Assembly: GCA_026985075.1 (NCBI GenBank)
Contig: JALSQX010000005.1
Location: forward strand, 21,417-85,416
Length of the DNA stretch: 64,000 bases
DNA from: Blastocatellia bacterium
Lineage (GTDB): Bacteria > Acidobacteriota > Blastocatellia > HR10 > J050
Direction: 5' to 3'
In this document: positions 18,885-29,017 of the stretch, piece by piece
Position numbering within the stretch: position 1 is the first letter of the stretch
Layout of the letters: every line of letters starts with the position of its first letter
Translations under genes and position numbers: made by a program
Notes under the pieces: model-generated
Seen by the model: the letters and a program-made list of their open reading frames with translations, nothing else
Databases searched by the model: none
Told to the model about the DNA's origin: nothing

Positions 18885-20213
18885 ATGGAACGGATATCGG
18901 CAGATGAGCCACTCGTCGTCATCGTTGGCCGGCCCAACGTGGGGAAGTCGACGCTGTTCAATCGACTCATTGGCATGCGACGGGCCATCGTCGGCGACGA
19001 GCCGGGGATCACGCGAGACCGGATTCACGGTCGGGCCGAGTGGCGGGGTCGGTCGTTCGAAGTCGTGGATACCGGCGGCATCATCCCCGACGAGGAGGCT
19101 CATATCCCGGCGAGCATCCTGCGACAGGCCCAGGCGGTCATCGATATCGCCGACGTCGTCCTGATGATGGTTGACGTTCGGCAAGGGATGACCCCGGTCG
19201 ATCGGGAATTGGCGCGCCTTTTGCATCGATCGGGCGTCACTGTTTTCGTCCTCGCCAACAAAGCGGACACCCCAAATCTGGAGGTGCAGGCTGAGGAGTT
19301 CCGTCAACTGGGATTCGCGCACGTCTTTCCTATATCGGCCGAACACGGTCTGGGCGTCGGCGACATGCTCGATGTCCTGATCGAACATTTGAAACCAGCC
19401 CGACAGGTGGCCGAGAGATCCAGCGAGCCGGAGATTCGAGTGGCCATTATCGGTCGGCCCAACGTGGGGAAGTCGACACTGGTCAACCAACTGGTGGGCG
19501 CCGAGCGCGTCATCGTCGCTCCCGAACCGGGCACGACGCGCGACGCTGTGGACACCGCACTCGAGCTCGACAGCACGCGCTTCCGCCTCATCGATACGGC
19601 CGGCATTCGCCGGCGGAGTCGAGTAACTCTCCATGCCGAGAAAATCGCCGTGCTCATGGCTCGCAAACATATCCAGCGGGCTGACGTCGCCGTATTGCTC
19701 ATCGACGCCGTGGAGGGTCCAACAACACATGACGCTCGCATCGCCGGATATGTCCACGAAGCGGGGAAGTCGCTCATCATCGCCGTCAACAAATGGGATC
19801 TCATCGAGCATAAACGTCGGGCGGCCGTCGCCTGTGAGCAGGCTATCCGTCAGCGGCTGAAGTTCATCGAATACGCGCCGGTGATCTTCATTTCCGCACT
19901 CACCGGACAACGCGTGACGCGCATCCTCAACCTCGCCCGAAAGGCCTTCGCCGCTCGCTTCCAACGCGTCCCCACGGGCGAACTCAATCGATTCTTCCAC
20001 ACATACTTGGCCGAGCCGGGCGTGTTTCCTGGCGGCCTTCGGATTTACTACATCACCCAAGCGGCGGTCGACCCGCCGACGTTCGTCGTCTTCACGAATC
20101 ACCGGAAGAAACGGCTCCCCATCTCCGTGGAGCGCTATCTCATCAACCGCCTTCGTGAGAACTACGAGTTCTTCGCCACGCCCATCCGCATCAAGCAGAA
20201 GCCGCGGACGTGA
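18885..20213 (+). CDS. der: Ribosome biogenesis GTPase Der (EngA)
   Basis: Two GRPNVGKST G-domains, DTGG/DTAG, NKAD/NKWD, C-terminal PPTFVVF...TPIRI; start 18876 or 18885 rather than 18717. Confidence 0.96.
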   Translation: MERISADEPLVVIVGRPNVGKSTLFNRLIGMRRAIVGDEPGITRDRIHGRAEWRGRSFEVVDTGGIIPDEEAHIPASILRQAQAVIDIADVVLMMVDVRQGMTPVDRELARLLHRSGVTVFVLANKADTPNLEVQAEEFRQLGFAHVFPISAEHGLGVGDMLDVLIEHLKPARQVAERSSEPEIRVAIIGRPNVGKSTLVNQLVGAERVIVAPEPGTTRDAVDTALELDSTRFRLIDTAGIRRRSRVTLHAEKIAVLMARKHIQRADVAVLLIDAVEGPTTHDARIAGYVHEAGKSLIIAVNKWDLIEHKRRAAVACEQAIRQRLKFIEYAPVIFISALTGQRVTRILNLARKAFAARFQRVPTGELNRFFHTYLAEPGVFPGGLRIYYITQAAVDPPTFVVFTNHRKKRLPISVERYLINRLRENYEFFATPIRIKQKPRT

Positions 20214-20335
20214 GCGAACAGGCTCTCCAGGATGGTCGAGTTCGAGAATAGATGACGTGGGCCGAAAGGCGGGCCCACAGAGCGAGAGTGGGGTTTGGAG
20301 AGCGAGTCCGAAAAGGAGATCGCTTCGACGGGTTA

Positions 20336-21553
20336 TCAGGGCCCGGGGCGACGCACTCTCTCCGTTTCCATGATGGGATTGAAGATGATGAAATCTTGAT
20401 CACCTGCATCGGCGATGAGTCGCCCATCGTTCAAACGCGCGACCACCAGAATACGCGCCGAGTCGGTCCGCAGAGTGGTGGGAACGACCCATTCGAACTG
20501 CCGAGCGCGGGCAGGCAGCGAAGGGGCCAGCACGGAGGGAAAGGTGACTCCTCCATCGAAGGAGAGGCGAATTTGTTGTTGACGAACATCGACGCGGTCA
20601 TCCACTCGCCACGTGATGGTCAACTGCGCGCCTCCCTTGACGACATACCGATCATTGGGGTTGATGACGTCGATGAGCGATGAGGCTTTGTCCACGATCA
20701 TGAAGCTCTTTTCGTCGAGACCAAATCCCACATCATTGAAGGCCAATACGCCGATGCTCGCCGAGTCCGTCAACGCGTCGGGTACCGTCCACTCGTAGCT
20801 CCGACGATCGCTGGGGAGACCAGAGACGATGGACTGCGGCAGGGCGCCTGAGCGCGGGAAGAAGAGGATGTCAAAGCTCGTGGCGTTCACCGCCTCCCAC
20901 TGGATGATCAGTGATTCGCCAGGACTCACGACCTCACCTCCTTGGGGTGACACGAGCGTCACCGCCGGGAACGAGGGCGGCGAGACGCTCACCGTCGTCG
21001 TGTAGATCCAATCGCCCAGTCGGGTACCATCATTATTCGAGGCATTCCCCGCCGCATAAAAGGCCACCGGCCCTCTATCCGTCTCTGGCGCGATCCAATC
21101 GAACGTCCAACGAGCGCCGCTCGGTCGACCGGCGAACGTCCCGGCTTCAGTATGCTCAACATAAAGCCGACCGTCGGCTCCTTCGATCAGTTGCGTATGG
21201 AGAGGATCGGTGATGACGAACTGTCCGGCTGGCTGATCGGTATCGGCCGTCAGGGCAGTCACTTCAAATCCCCATCGTCGCTGCCCGGGATGAGTCACTT
21301 GGATAGTGATCGGGTATCGCTGTCCCGGTTCATAGCGCGATGGTGCCTGAATAGTCATGAAGCCGATTCCCTGATTGGGCGTTTCTCCAAACGAGTCGTG
21401 GCATTCAGTACAGTTGCTCTCTCCCGGCGCATTGGTGAATCCGGGGAGCGGTCCGGTCGAGAACGCCACAGCGAGGCTGGCCGCCGAGAGCGCGATGAAG
21501 ATGGTGATCAGTTTGGTGAGCCGTTGTCTCTTCTCATGCCGTGACATGTGCAT
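20336..21553 (-). CDS. Secreted Reeler-like (choice-of-anchor V type) protein with CxxCH and two Ig-like C-terminal modules
   Basis: Signal peptide; FSTGP...APGESNCTECH; WGFEVTA; WTFDWIAP...FYAAGNASN; SPQGGE...IQW type modules. Confidence 0.65.
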   Translation of the reverse strand: MHMSRHEKRQRLTKLITIFIALSAASLAVAFSTGPLPGFTNAPGESNCTECHDSFGETPNQGIGFMTIQAPSRYEPGQRYPITIQVTHPGQRRWGFEVTALTADTDQPAGQFVITDPLHTQLIEGADGRLYVEHTEAGTFAGRPSGARWTFDWIAPETDRGPVAFYAAGNASNNDGTRLGDWIYTTTVSVSPPSFPAVTLVSPQGGEVVSPGESLIIQWEAVNATSFDILFFPRSGALPQSIVSGLPSDRRSYEWTVPDALTDSASIGVLAFNDVGFGLDEKSFMIVDKASSLIDVINPNDRYVVKGGAQLTITWRVDDRVDVRQQQIRLSFDGGVTFPSVLAPSLPARARQFEWVVPTTLRTDSARILVVARLNDGRLIADAGDQDFIIFNPIMETERVRRPGP

Positions 21554-21816
21554 CGGACTCTATTTGCCGGAATGAGTGGTGAGGGCGATGAGTTTTTCTC
21601 GACCCCATCGAGATGGCTTTCCGTCCAGCGTTCATAAGGCGGGAGGCTCATCCCCGTTTGACATTTCCCATCCACCCGGTAGTGAGGCGGGCCGGCTCCG
21701 AGGCGCGAACTGTCGGGTGGGGAGGCGGACTCGCCTCCCCACGACGCGCCGCCTGGACCCTCCAATCCGCCCGTCGAGGCGATCTGCGCTCAACCAGGAC
21801 TCTAGCCACCCATCGA

Positions 21817-23106
21817 CTAAAGGAACGGAATGAGCTCGAAAGAACCGCCCAGCAGCTCGGTGGCATCAACTTCCAACCATCGTTCCAGAATGGTGGCGTA
21901 GATCGAGCGAAAGTCGATGGTGAACTTGGTATCATCCACGCTGCTCAAATCGGTCAAATCGGGGTGCTCGCCGAAAATACCGCCATTGATCGGGGTCCCA
22001 AAGACGAATTGTGGTGCCGAAGCGCCATGATCCGTGCCTTGATTCCCGTTCTCCCTCACCTTTCGACCGAACTCGGACCAGGTCATCATCAGGATCCGAT
22101 CGTCCTTCCCCAGCCGCTGCATGTCTCGGTAGAACGTATTGACGGCATCGGCGAGATAGCCCAGCAACTGAGCGTGACGATTGGCCTGTCCTTGGTGAGT
22201 GTCAAACCCTCCGATGCTCACGTAGAGAATTCTGGTGCCCAAGTCGCCGGCGATAATTTGAGCCGCTTGTTGCATGGCTCGAGCCAGAGGATTGTTCGCC
22301 GCGTAGGTGATATTGGGATCCGGCGTATACCTCTGAATGCCTTGCTGGAGGGTCACCGAACTCTCGAAAGCCTCCAGAGCCGTTTCGCGGATCTGCTCGT
22401 AGAGGACGCGCTGGGGCGCTCCTTCCTGGTTCAGGGCGAGGAAGGTCTGGATCCTGTTCTGCGCATCTCCCGGGAATCGGGGATCCGTCTGGAACTGATA
22501 GGTTTCCACATTTCCAATGGCCGGCACGGCGATGCGATCGGCCCGGAGAGTGAGGGGGAGCCGCCCACCAGCCAGCGAGACGGCGATCAGGGGGTTGTCA
22601 TTGGATGGGAAGGCAGCATCCAGATAGTCGCCTAACCAGCCCGTCGCGTCCGGTCGATCGGGATTGGCCGTATGCCAGATATCCATGGATCGGAAGTGGG
22701 AGCGGTTGGGATTGGGATAGCCGACGGATTGGATCACCCCCATTCGCCCCTGATCGTAGAGTTCTTTGATCGGAGCTAGGCTGGGATGTAATCCCAGTCC
22801 GGTGCCTCCGGCGTCCGTTCCGATGGAGAGGATCTCCCCTTCGGGGATCTCCAGCGTGCTACGAAACTGTCGATAGAGTGAGGCATTCTGCCCACTCAAT
22901 GGAATCACGGTGTTCAACCCATCATTGCCTCCGGCCAATTGGATGACCACCAGAGTGCGGTCGTTCTCGCTGAGCGCTGCCGCTTGCGTCAACGTACTAT
23001 TGGCCGCCATGGCCAGGTGACGCATGAAGGCGCGCCCGCTCAATCCTACGGTCACCAGGGTGAAGCCGCTCTTTTTTATGAACTCGCGTCGTGTTGTCTT
23101 CCCCAT
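21817..23106 (-). CDS. DUF1501 family protein with Tat signal peptide
   Basis: TRREFIK twin-arginine motif; LVVIQLAGGNDGLN, NRSHF, GGFDTH, SEFGR, GTDHG. Confidence 0.92.
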   Translation of the reverse strand: MGKTTRREFIKKSGFTLVTVGLSGRAFMRHLAMAANSTLTQAAALSENDRTLVVIQLAGGNDGLNTVIPLSGQNASLYRQFRSTLEIPEGEILSIGTDAGGTGLGLHPSLAPIKELYDQGRMGVIQSVGYPNPNRSHFRSMDIWHTANPDRPDATGWLGDYLDAAFPSNDNPLIAVSLAGGRLPLTLRADRIAVPAIGNVETYQFQTDPRFPGDAQNRIQTFLALNQEGAPQRVLYEQIRETALEAFESSVTLQQGIQRYTPDPNITYAANNPLARAMQQAAQIIAGDLGTRILYVSIGGFDTHQGQANRHAQLLGYLADAVNTFYRDMQRLGKDDRILMMTWSEFGRKVRENGNQGTDHGASAPQFVFGTPINGGIFGEHPDLTDLSSVDDTKFTIDFRSIYATILERWLEVDATELLGGSFELIPFL

Positions 23107-23117
23107 AGTCACTCTCC

Positions 23118-24671
23118 TTAACTCAGTTGAAATTCGGGCATGGTCATGATCAGATGGATCAGCCCGCGAACCTTCATATTGACGAAGTTGCGAGGAGTGT
23201 TCTCCGTGGCGTTCTCGCTCGGGGCATTCAGATAATCAATGAGCGTCTGCCGCTGTCCGGGCGAGAGAGGTGCCTGAAGCAGTAAACGGGCGAAGAAGTC
23301 GACGATCTCGCTGGCTGAAGCTCCTCGCAGATCGTTCTGATCCATGATCCGATCCACATCGATGCCACCTTGGCGCGCCTGCAATCCGGTGGCGATGGCG
23401 TTGGCGAAGTTGAACCGTGCCAGGTCGAAAGTCGTGTTGATCCAATTCAATCCCTCCTTCCAACCACTCACATCCGGAGGGAAGAGGAGATACTGTCCCA
23501 TGCCAATCATGGCATTGATGAGCGTTCGAACCAGGAGTCGGTTCTTGCTCAAACTGTCTGGTTCCCCGGATTGCCGATCGAAATTGAGGAGCCGGAAGGC
23601 GCCCACGATATACTCGGTGGGACTCTTGACGTGCGCTTTGAAGGCCCGTTCGGAATAAAACGCCTCGGAGACTACGTTGCCCGGCGTGAAGATGGTCCGC
23701 AGCATGTTGCGAATGCTGTAGGGTTGTTCGCCATGAGCCCCATCGAAGACATCCGCCAAGGCATTGATGATCTCCGGTTCAGGATCGTCATAGCCGAAGA
23801 AGATGAACAGTCGATAGCCCAGGAATCGGCCCACGGCGCTCTGCTGTTGTCCTGGATTGCGATGCCGGACGATGTTATCGAAGATGAAATCGGCGTTGGT
23901 GCCGCCACGCTGACCCAAATGTTCATAGGGCCCAAAATCGTGATTCCGCGCGTCGAAGACGAACTGGCGGGGGAAGGTGCTCTGATTCCTCCGACCACGA
24001 AGGATCGTCCAGCCGGTGAGCGCGCGAGAGGCTTGACGAATGTCGCGCTCGGTGTAATTGGGAACTTTCGCCACGACATCTTCTACGCCCATGGAGAAGA
24101 GTTCATGAAGTTCGCGCGCGTAGTTCTCATTGGTGCCAACCTCGCTGTTCAGCTTGCGATTGAGCCAGTTATCGAGCCAGAACAGCATGGCCGGATCTTT
24201 AGTCAAATACTCCAGAATGAGGCGGAAATTCCCCAGGGGGAAAGGGCTTCGGGGATTGGGTCTCATGATTTGACCGGTCTCGGGTTCGAAATTTCCGCGG
24301 AAGTTCTCATTCTGGAGATACATTTGCCGGGGATCGGGGAGGCCGGCGATGGAGGTGGCAAACAGGTTGTGCCAGAACAGCGTCATCTTCTCCACTAGCG
24401 GTCGCTTGGTGGTGATCATGGCATTGAGCCACCACCGTTCCAGACCGCCGATGAACGTCCCTCGCATCCGGTTGAACTCATCGACGGGAAGATCCAGCAT
24501 ACTCACCAAGTCTTCATCTGGCTCGACATCGGGGTATTTCTCAAAATTGATCAGGTCGTCGACGGTGGCTTCGAGTCCTCGAGCAACTTTTTGCTCAATC
24601 TCATCCGGATGGGCACCGAAGCCAGCTCGTCGGAGCAGGTGAGCGATCTGGTCATACTTGTCTAAGGGCAT
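23118..24671 (-). CDS. DUF1800 family protein
   Basis: HLLRRAGFG, EKMTLFWHNLFATS, DPAMLFWLDN, NENYARELHELFSMG, PPDVSGW, PEFQL. Confidence 0.93.
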   Translation of the reverse strand: MPLDKYDQIAHLLRRAGFGAHPDEIEQKVARGLEATVDDLINFEKYPDVEPDEDLVSMLDLPVDEFNRMRGTFIGGLERWWLNAMITTKRPLVEKMTLFWHNLFATSIAGLPDPRQMYLQNENFRGNFEPETGQIMRPNPRSPFPLGNFRLILEYLTKDPAMLFWLDNWLNRKLNSEVGTNENYARELHELFSMGVEDVVAKVPNYTERDIRQASRALTGWTILRGRRNQSTFPRQFVFDARNHDFGPYEHLGQRGGTNADFIFDNIVRHRNPGQQQSAVGRFLGYRLFIFFGYDDPEPEIINALADVFDGAHGEQPYSIRNMLRTIFTPGNVVSEAFYSERAFKAHVKSPTEYIVGAFRLLNFDRQSGEPDSLSKNRLLVRTLINAMIGMGQYLLFPPDVSGWKEGLNWINTTFDLARFNFANAIATGLQARQGGIDVDRIMDQNDLRGASASEIVDFFARLLLQAPLSPGQRQTLIDYLNAPSENATENTPRNFVNMKVRGLIHLIMTMPEFQLS

Positions 24672-25039
24672 ATGACTTCCTCCTTTAGTTACATGTCAAG
24701 CATTCATAGAGTGGCTCGTTTGGTTGAGACGAGGTCATCGGCTCGAAAGTCTTGAAAATTTTGACGCCGAGTTCCATCGTACTCGCATGCAGTCCTGAAG
24801 TTAAACCACCTCAATGGAGGCAAGACCATCGGCGGAACCGTATGGGCTCTTCAAGTACCGGGCCCTCGTTGTAAATTCTCTTCCATTGTATACCGATGAG
24901 GCCGAGGAGGTCAATAATTTTTTCCTCTCGCCCCGCGTCATTTTCGGCTCGCTATCCATCGACAGCGGGGAAGGGGACTGGTAAAATCGAACCTTCACTT
25001 GAGAGATGCGAGCTTCATCACCCGTGGAGAAGGCACATT

Positions 25040-26278
25040 ATGGCATTAGCGCTGGAAGGCATTCGAGTCCTCGACCTCTCGCGATTGTTACCCGGTCCCT
25101 ATTGCTCGATGATCCTGGCCGACCTCGGCGCCGAGGTCATCAAGATCGAGGAGCCAAACTGGGGCGACCCCACTCGTTGGACTCCGCCACGAAGGAAAGA
25201 TGTGAGCATCGCTTTTCTCAATCTGAATCGAAACAAAAAGAGCGTGACTCTCAATTTGAAACAGCCACAAGGGGTAGAGATCTTTCGCCGACTGGCCCAA
25301 CGCGCCGATGTCATCCTGGAGGGATTTCGGCCCGGCGTGGTGGATCAATTGGGCATCGGATATGAGGACATCAGACAACTCAATCCGCGCATCATCTATT
25401 GCTCGCTCAGTGGTTATGGTCAAGATGGGCCCTATCGTCATCGAAGCGGTCATGACCTGAACTACATCGCTCTGGCCGGCGCGCTGGGACTCACCGCCGA
25501 CGAGCAGGGCCGGCCCGTCATTCCCGCCGCCCAACTGGCCGATTTGGGCGGAGCCATGGCCGCGACCATCGCTATCCTGGCCGCTCTGCTGGCCCGCGAG
25601 CGATTGGGTCGAGGACAATATATCGATGTCGCCTTGCTCGACGCTGCGCTCGGCTTGCTCCCCGTGGCCGCCGCGAGCGTGTTTGCCGGACAATCGCTTC
25701 CGGTGGGCGGGCGCTTCGGGTTGAATGGCTTGTTCCCCTTCTATTCCGTGTACGAGACGAAAGATGGCCGCTATCTGGCCGTCGCTCCCCTCGAGCCTAA
25801 ATTCTGGCAGAATCTGTGTCAGGCATTAGGCCGACCCGATCTGTCTGACAAGCAGTTTGCTCAAGGAGAGGAACGCCAGGCACTGTTTGATGAGTTGCGT
25901 CGTCTCTTTCTCACCAAATCTCTGAACGAATGGCGGGAGATTCTCGACCGCGCCGACGTGTGTTGCGAACCGGTGTTGAGCCTGGAAGAAGCGCTTCACC
26001 ATCCTCAGATCGCACATCGTCAGATGGTCGTTCAGATGACCCATCCTGATGTGGGGGATGTGAAGTTTCTGACGCTCCCCTTTAAGCTCTCGGAGACGCC
26101 AGCGACGATTCGCACGCCGGCACCCCGCTTGGGTCAGCATACGGAGGCCATCCTGCGGGAGTTGGGGTACACCGATGAGCACATTCGCGCTCTGAACAAA
26201 GCCGGAGTGACGAAGGCCAAAGGAGGAAGCGTTCGTCATCTCCTCGCTAAGATGGTGCTCAAAATCGTTGGCGAGTGA
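25040..26278 (+). CDS. CaiB/BaiF family III CoA-transferase
   Basis: LEGIRVLDLSRLLPGP, DLGAEVIKIE, NRNKKS, GFRPGV, GHDLNY, APRLGQHT. Confidence 0.93.
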   Translation: MALALEGIRVLDLSRLLPGPYCSMILADLGAEVIKIEEPNWGDPTRWTPPRRKDVSIAFLNLNRNKKSVTLNLKQPQGVEIFRRLAQRADVILEGFRPGVVDQLGIGYEDIRQLNPRIIYCSLSGYGQDGPYRHRSGHDLNYIALAGALGLTADEQGRPVIPAAQLADLGGAMAATIAILAALLARERLGRGQYIDVALLDAALGLLPVAAASVFAGQSLPVGGRFGLNGLFPFYSVYETKDGRYLAVAPLEPKFWQNLCQALGRPDLSDKQFAQGEERQALFDELRRLFLTKSLNEWREILDRADVCCEPVLSLEEALHHPQIAHRQMVVQMTHPDVGDVKFLTLPFKLSETPATIRTPAPRLGQHTEAILRELGYTDEHIRALNKAGVTKAKGGSVRHLLAKMVLKIVGE

Positions 26279-26478
26279 ACCCCGATCATGAGCAGGTGGA
26301 CGCTGGATGGCCAGTCATTCCCCTACCGATGGGAACCGGAGAGCGAGGCGCGCGCCTGCTCGGGCGACGCGCTCACCGAGCTGCTCCACATTGCTCCATA
26401 TGGGGTTCCTCAGCAGGCGGGCGAGGAGATGGAGGCGTCATCACCGTCACCGGATGACATGGTGAACCGGCACTCGCC

Positions 26479-27336
26479 TCAATGGCGCACCTGCGGTTGT
26501 GAGGTGCGGGGATGCGCATTTTGTGTTTCGACCAATTCCCGAGCCCGCTCGGCGGCCTTGACGACGGCTTTGATGAGCGTCACGCGGAGCTTCCCTTCTT
26601 CGAGTTCCAGCAGGCCGTCAATCGTGCATCCGGCCGGTGTGGTGACGACATCTTTGAGCAGAGCCGGATGGGCCTTTGATTCCAGGACCATACGCGCGGC
26701 GCCCAGCATCGTCTGGGCGGCCAGCAGCGTGGCGATATCTCGAGGAATCCCCAGTTTCACGCCCGCCTCGGCCAGCGATTCGATGATGACGTAGAGATAG
26801 GCTGGACCGCTGGCCGAGAGGCCGGTCACCCCATCCATCAGCGATTCATCGATGAACACCGTCTCTCCAACCGCTCGAAAGATCTCCTCGGCCGTACGGA
26901 GATGTTCGTCTTGGGCATAGAGCCCACCGCAGAGGGCCGTCATCCCGGCTCCGAGCACGCAGGGCGTGTTGGGCATGGCTCGGACTACGGGGACTGGTGC
27001 TCGGAGGCGCGCCTCGACAAACTGGGTGGTGACCGAGGCGGCTACGGTGATCACCAATTGTTGAGGAGTGACCACTTCAGCGATCTCTGTGAGCACACGA
27101 TCCATGTTTTGCGGCTTGACGGCGAGGAGGATGATATCGCGCCCGTCGACGAGGCGGCGATTGTCAGTCATCGCTTCGATGCCCAGTCGCTCTCTGATTC
27201 GCCCGAGCGACTCTTCGTGAGCCACGCTACCGGCAATGTCTTCGCGACGAACATCGCCTTGCTTAAGCAATCCCATCACCAGTGCTTCACCGAGCTTTCC
27301 CACGCCGAGAACAGCGAGCTTTTTCCCTGTGAGCAT
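26479..27336 (-). CDS. proC: Pyrroline-5-carboxylate reductase
   Basis: GVGKLG, LAVKPQ, RAMPNTP, SASGPAY, VTTPAGCTI. Confidence 0.93.
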   Translation of the reverse strand: MLTGKKLAVLGVGKLGEALVMGLLKQGDVRREDIAGSVAHEESLGRIRERLGIEAMTDNRRLVDGRDIILLAVKPQNMDRVLTEIAEVVTPQQLVITVAASVTTQFVEARLRAPVPVVRAMPNTPCVLGAGMTALCGGLYAQDEHLRTAEEIFRAVGETVFIDESLMDGVTGLSASGPAYLYVIIESLAEAGVKLGIPRDIATLLAAQTMLGAARMVLESKAHPALLKDVVTTPAGCTIDGLLELEEGKLRVTLIKAVVKAAERARELVETQNAHPRTSQPQVRH

Positions 27337-27652
27337 ATCAAGACCTCGCTCTGAATCAACCGGCCTTCCACCCGTTGGAGGAAGGCTCTTGCTCCGACGC
27401 CTGGGAGCCGTTCCCATACGCCTTCATATTCTCCCCCGACGCCGAATATAGAAAGCCAATAGCATAGAGCATTCCGGGGTGAATGGCAAACTCCTGAGAA
27501 CGCGCTGAGGCGAGGAGACGAGTCGTCCTCCAACGCGTCCCAGGGGATCGCTCGGGGGACCGTGGCGTGAGAGCAAACCAATGAAGCGAATGGATTCGTC
27601 CTGACGGGCAGTGGCGCGTCATTCCCTCCGCGCCCATGTCAGGGGACAACCG

Positions 27653-27750
27653 AGATGGATCAACGCCACTCTCTCTGGAGGTTGGGGCGAGAGAGGGTGT
27701 GCCCCGGCGGGCCGCAACGATCCAGATGGATCAACGTCACTCTCTCCGGA
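27653..27750. repeat. 27-bp imperfect direct repeat (25/27 identical), copies at 27653-27679 and 27724-27750
   Basis: AGATGGATCAACG[C/T]CACTCTCTC[T/C]GGA; the second copy spans the stop codon of the aldo/keto reductase gene. Confidence 0.8.
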
Positions 27751-28849
27751 AGAGCTTCAGGAAGTCCTCTAACGGCGCGGGAGGGATCTGCGCCGTTTCG
27801 AGATTCTCCTCGACGTGCGCCACCTGGCTCATTCCCACCAGCGCCGTGGTGACGCCGGGCGTTGAACGGACGAACTGAATGGCGCGTTGGGCATCCGTAT
27901 CCAGCCCACTGAGACATTCGGCCACAAATGCCGGCAATCCTCGCGCCAATCGACTTTGTAAAATGGAAGCGCTGGTCATCACAATGATTCCCAGGCGGGC
28001 GGCCGCTTCCAGCGTGGAGAGCATTTCACCGTCATAGGGTTGGTTGCGTCTCCCCAACGCTTCGAGCATTCCCAGGTTATAAGGGAGTTGAATGACGCGG
28101 AAGTGATGGTCGATTCCGGCGATGTCGCGGGCGAGGTCAACCAGATCTCGGAGCGAGAGATAGTCAGGGGCTTCGGGCGGTTGCCGGAATCCATTCCAGG
28201 TGGCCACGCCATATAGGCGAATTTTCCCCTCCGCCACCTTCGCTTCCAGGAACTCGAAAGCGGCGCGCAATCGCTCGGCGAACGCGGCACGGGGGATCTC
28301 TCCGAGTTGCTGTTCCGGGTTGTGCACGTAGTAGATATCGATACATTCGAGCCCCAGGTTTTCTAAGCTCGTCTCTAATTGATGCTCTAGATATCTCGGA
28401 GTCATGCAATGCCAGCCGCCACCAGTGAGGTCGGCTGGCGTGATGATACCCGGATCGAAGAAGGTCTCTTTCATGTACCGGGCAGTGTCAACCGGTGGCG
28501 CTCCATCGAAGGGGATATACCCACCCTTGGTGGCGATAATGAGTTCATCGCGCGCCGCCCGATCCTCTCCAAAGAGCATTCGCAGTGCCTGACCGATCGC
28601 CCGCTCGCTCCGTTGGAAGCGATAATTGATCGCCGTGTCAATGACATTGCAGCCGAGCTCAACGGCTCGGATGATGGCCTGGCGATAGCGAGCGTCGGTT
28701 TCGTCATCATAGCCACCCAGATAGGTTCCCAGGCCGATCGAGGAGAACCATAATCCTCGTTCCTGGCGAAAGTGTCCCGGCGCGACTCGGTCGGCGAATC
28801 GATGGCGGTAGCGAGCCGTTCCTTCGGCGGTCGCCCAAGATGTGCTCAT
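27737..28849 (-). CDS. Aldo/keto reductase
   Basis: IGLGTYLG, IDTAINY, SERAIG, ATKGG, IDIYYVHNP, QLPYN, ALVGMS. Confidence 0.9.
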   Translation of the reverse strand: MSTSWATAEGTARYRHRFADRVAPGHFRQERGLWFSSIGLGTYLGGYDDETDARYRQAIIRAVELGCNVIDTAINYRFQRSERAIGQALRMLFGEDRAARDELIIATKGGYIPFDGAPPVDTARYMKETFFDPGIITPADLTGGGWHCMTPRYLEHQLETSLENLGLECIDIYYVHNPEQQLGEIPRAAFAERLRAAFEFLEAKVAEGKIRLYGVATWNGFRQPPEAPDYLSLRDLVDLARDIAGIDHHFRVIQLPYNLGMLEALGRRNQPYDGEMLSTLEAAARLGIIVMTSASILQSRLARGLPAFVAECLSGLDTDAQRAIQFVRSTPGVTTALVGMSQVAHVEENLETAQIPPAPLEDFLKLFRRE

Positions 28850-29017
28850 GAGAATTCCTCCATAGATTGGGGAGTTATTGTAGCAGACATCCTCCCGTTT
28901 GGTCGGGGGTCATTGAGGGGCGAGGAAGGAGAGGGGCTTCTCCCCTTGTCCCTTTCCACATGCTCACCCGAAAGGAGAGGAGGGAGCGGTGTTCCTCTCG
29001 GTCGCCTCTCGGTCTTT

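Noticed and set aside
18930..19477. 23-nt identical repeat CGGCCCAACGTGGGGAAGTCGAC within der
   Set aside because: Encodes the G1 motifs of the two tandem GTPase domains, which is expected
18726..20102. 458-aa antisense ORF opposite der, and similar long shadow ORFs opposite rtcB, infB, DUF1501 and DUF1800
   Set aside because: Typical antisense open frames of GC-rich coding DNA with no recognisable motifs; the sense genes are well supported
27653..27750. Possible mini-CRISPR (two repeats, one 44-nt spacer)
   Set aside because: Only two imperfect copies, one inside a gene end, no cas genes or leader; kept only as a direct repeat
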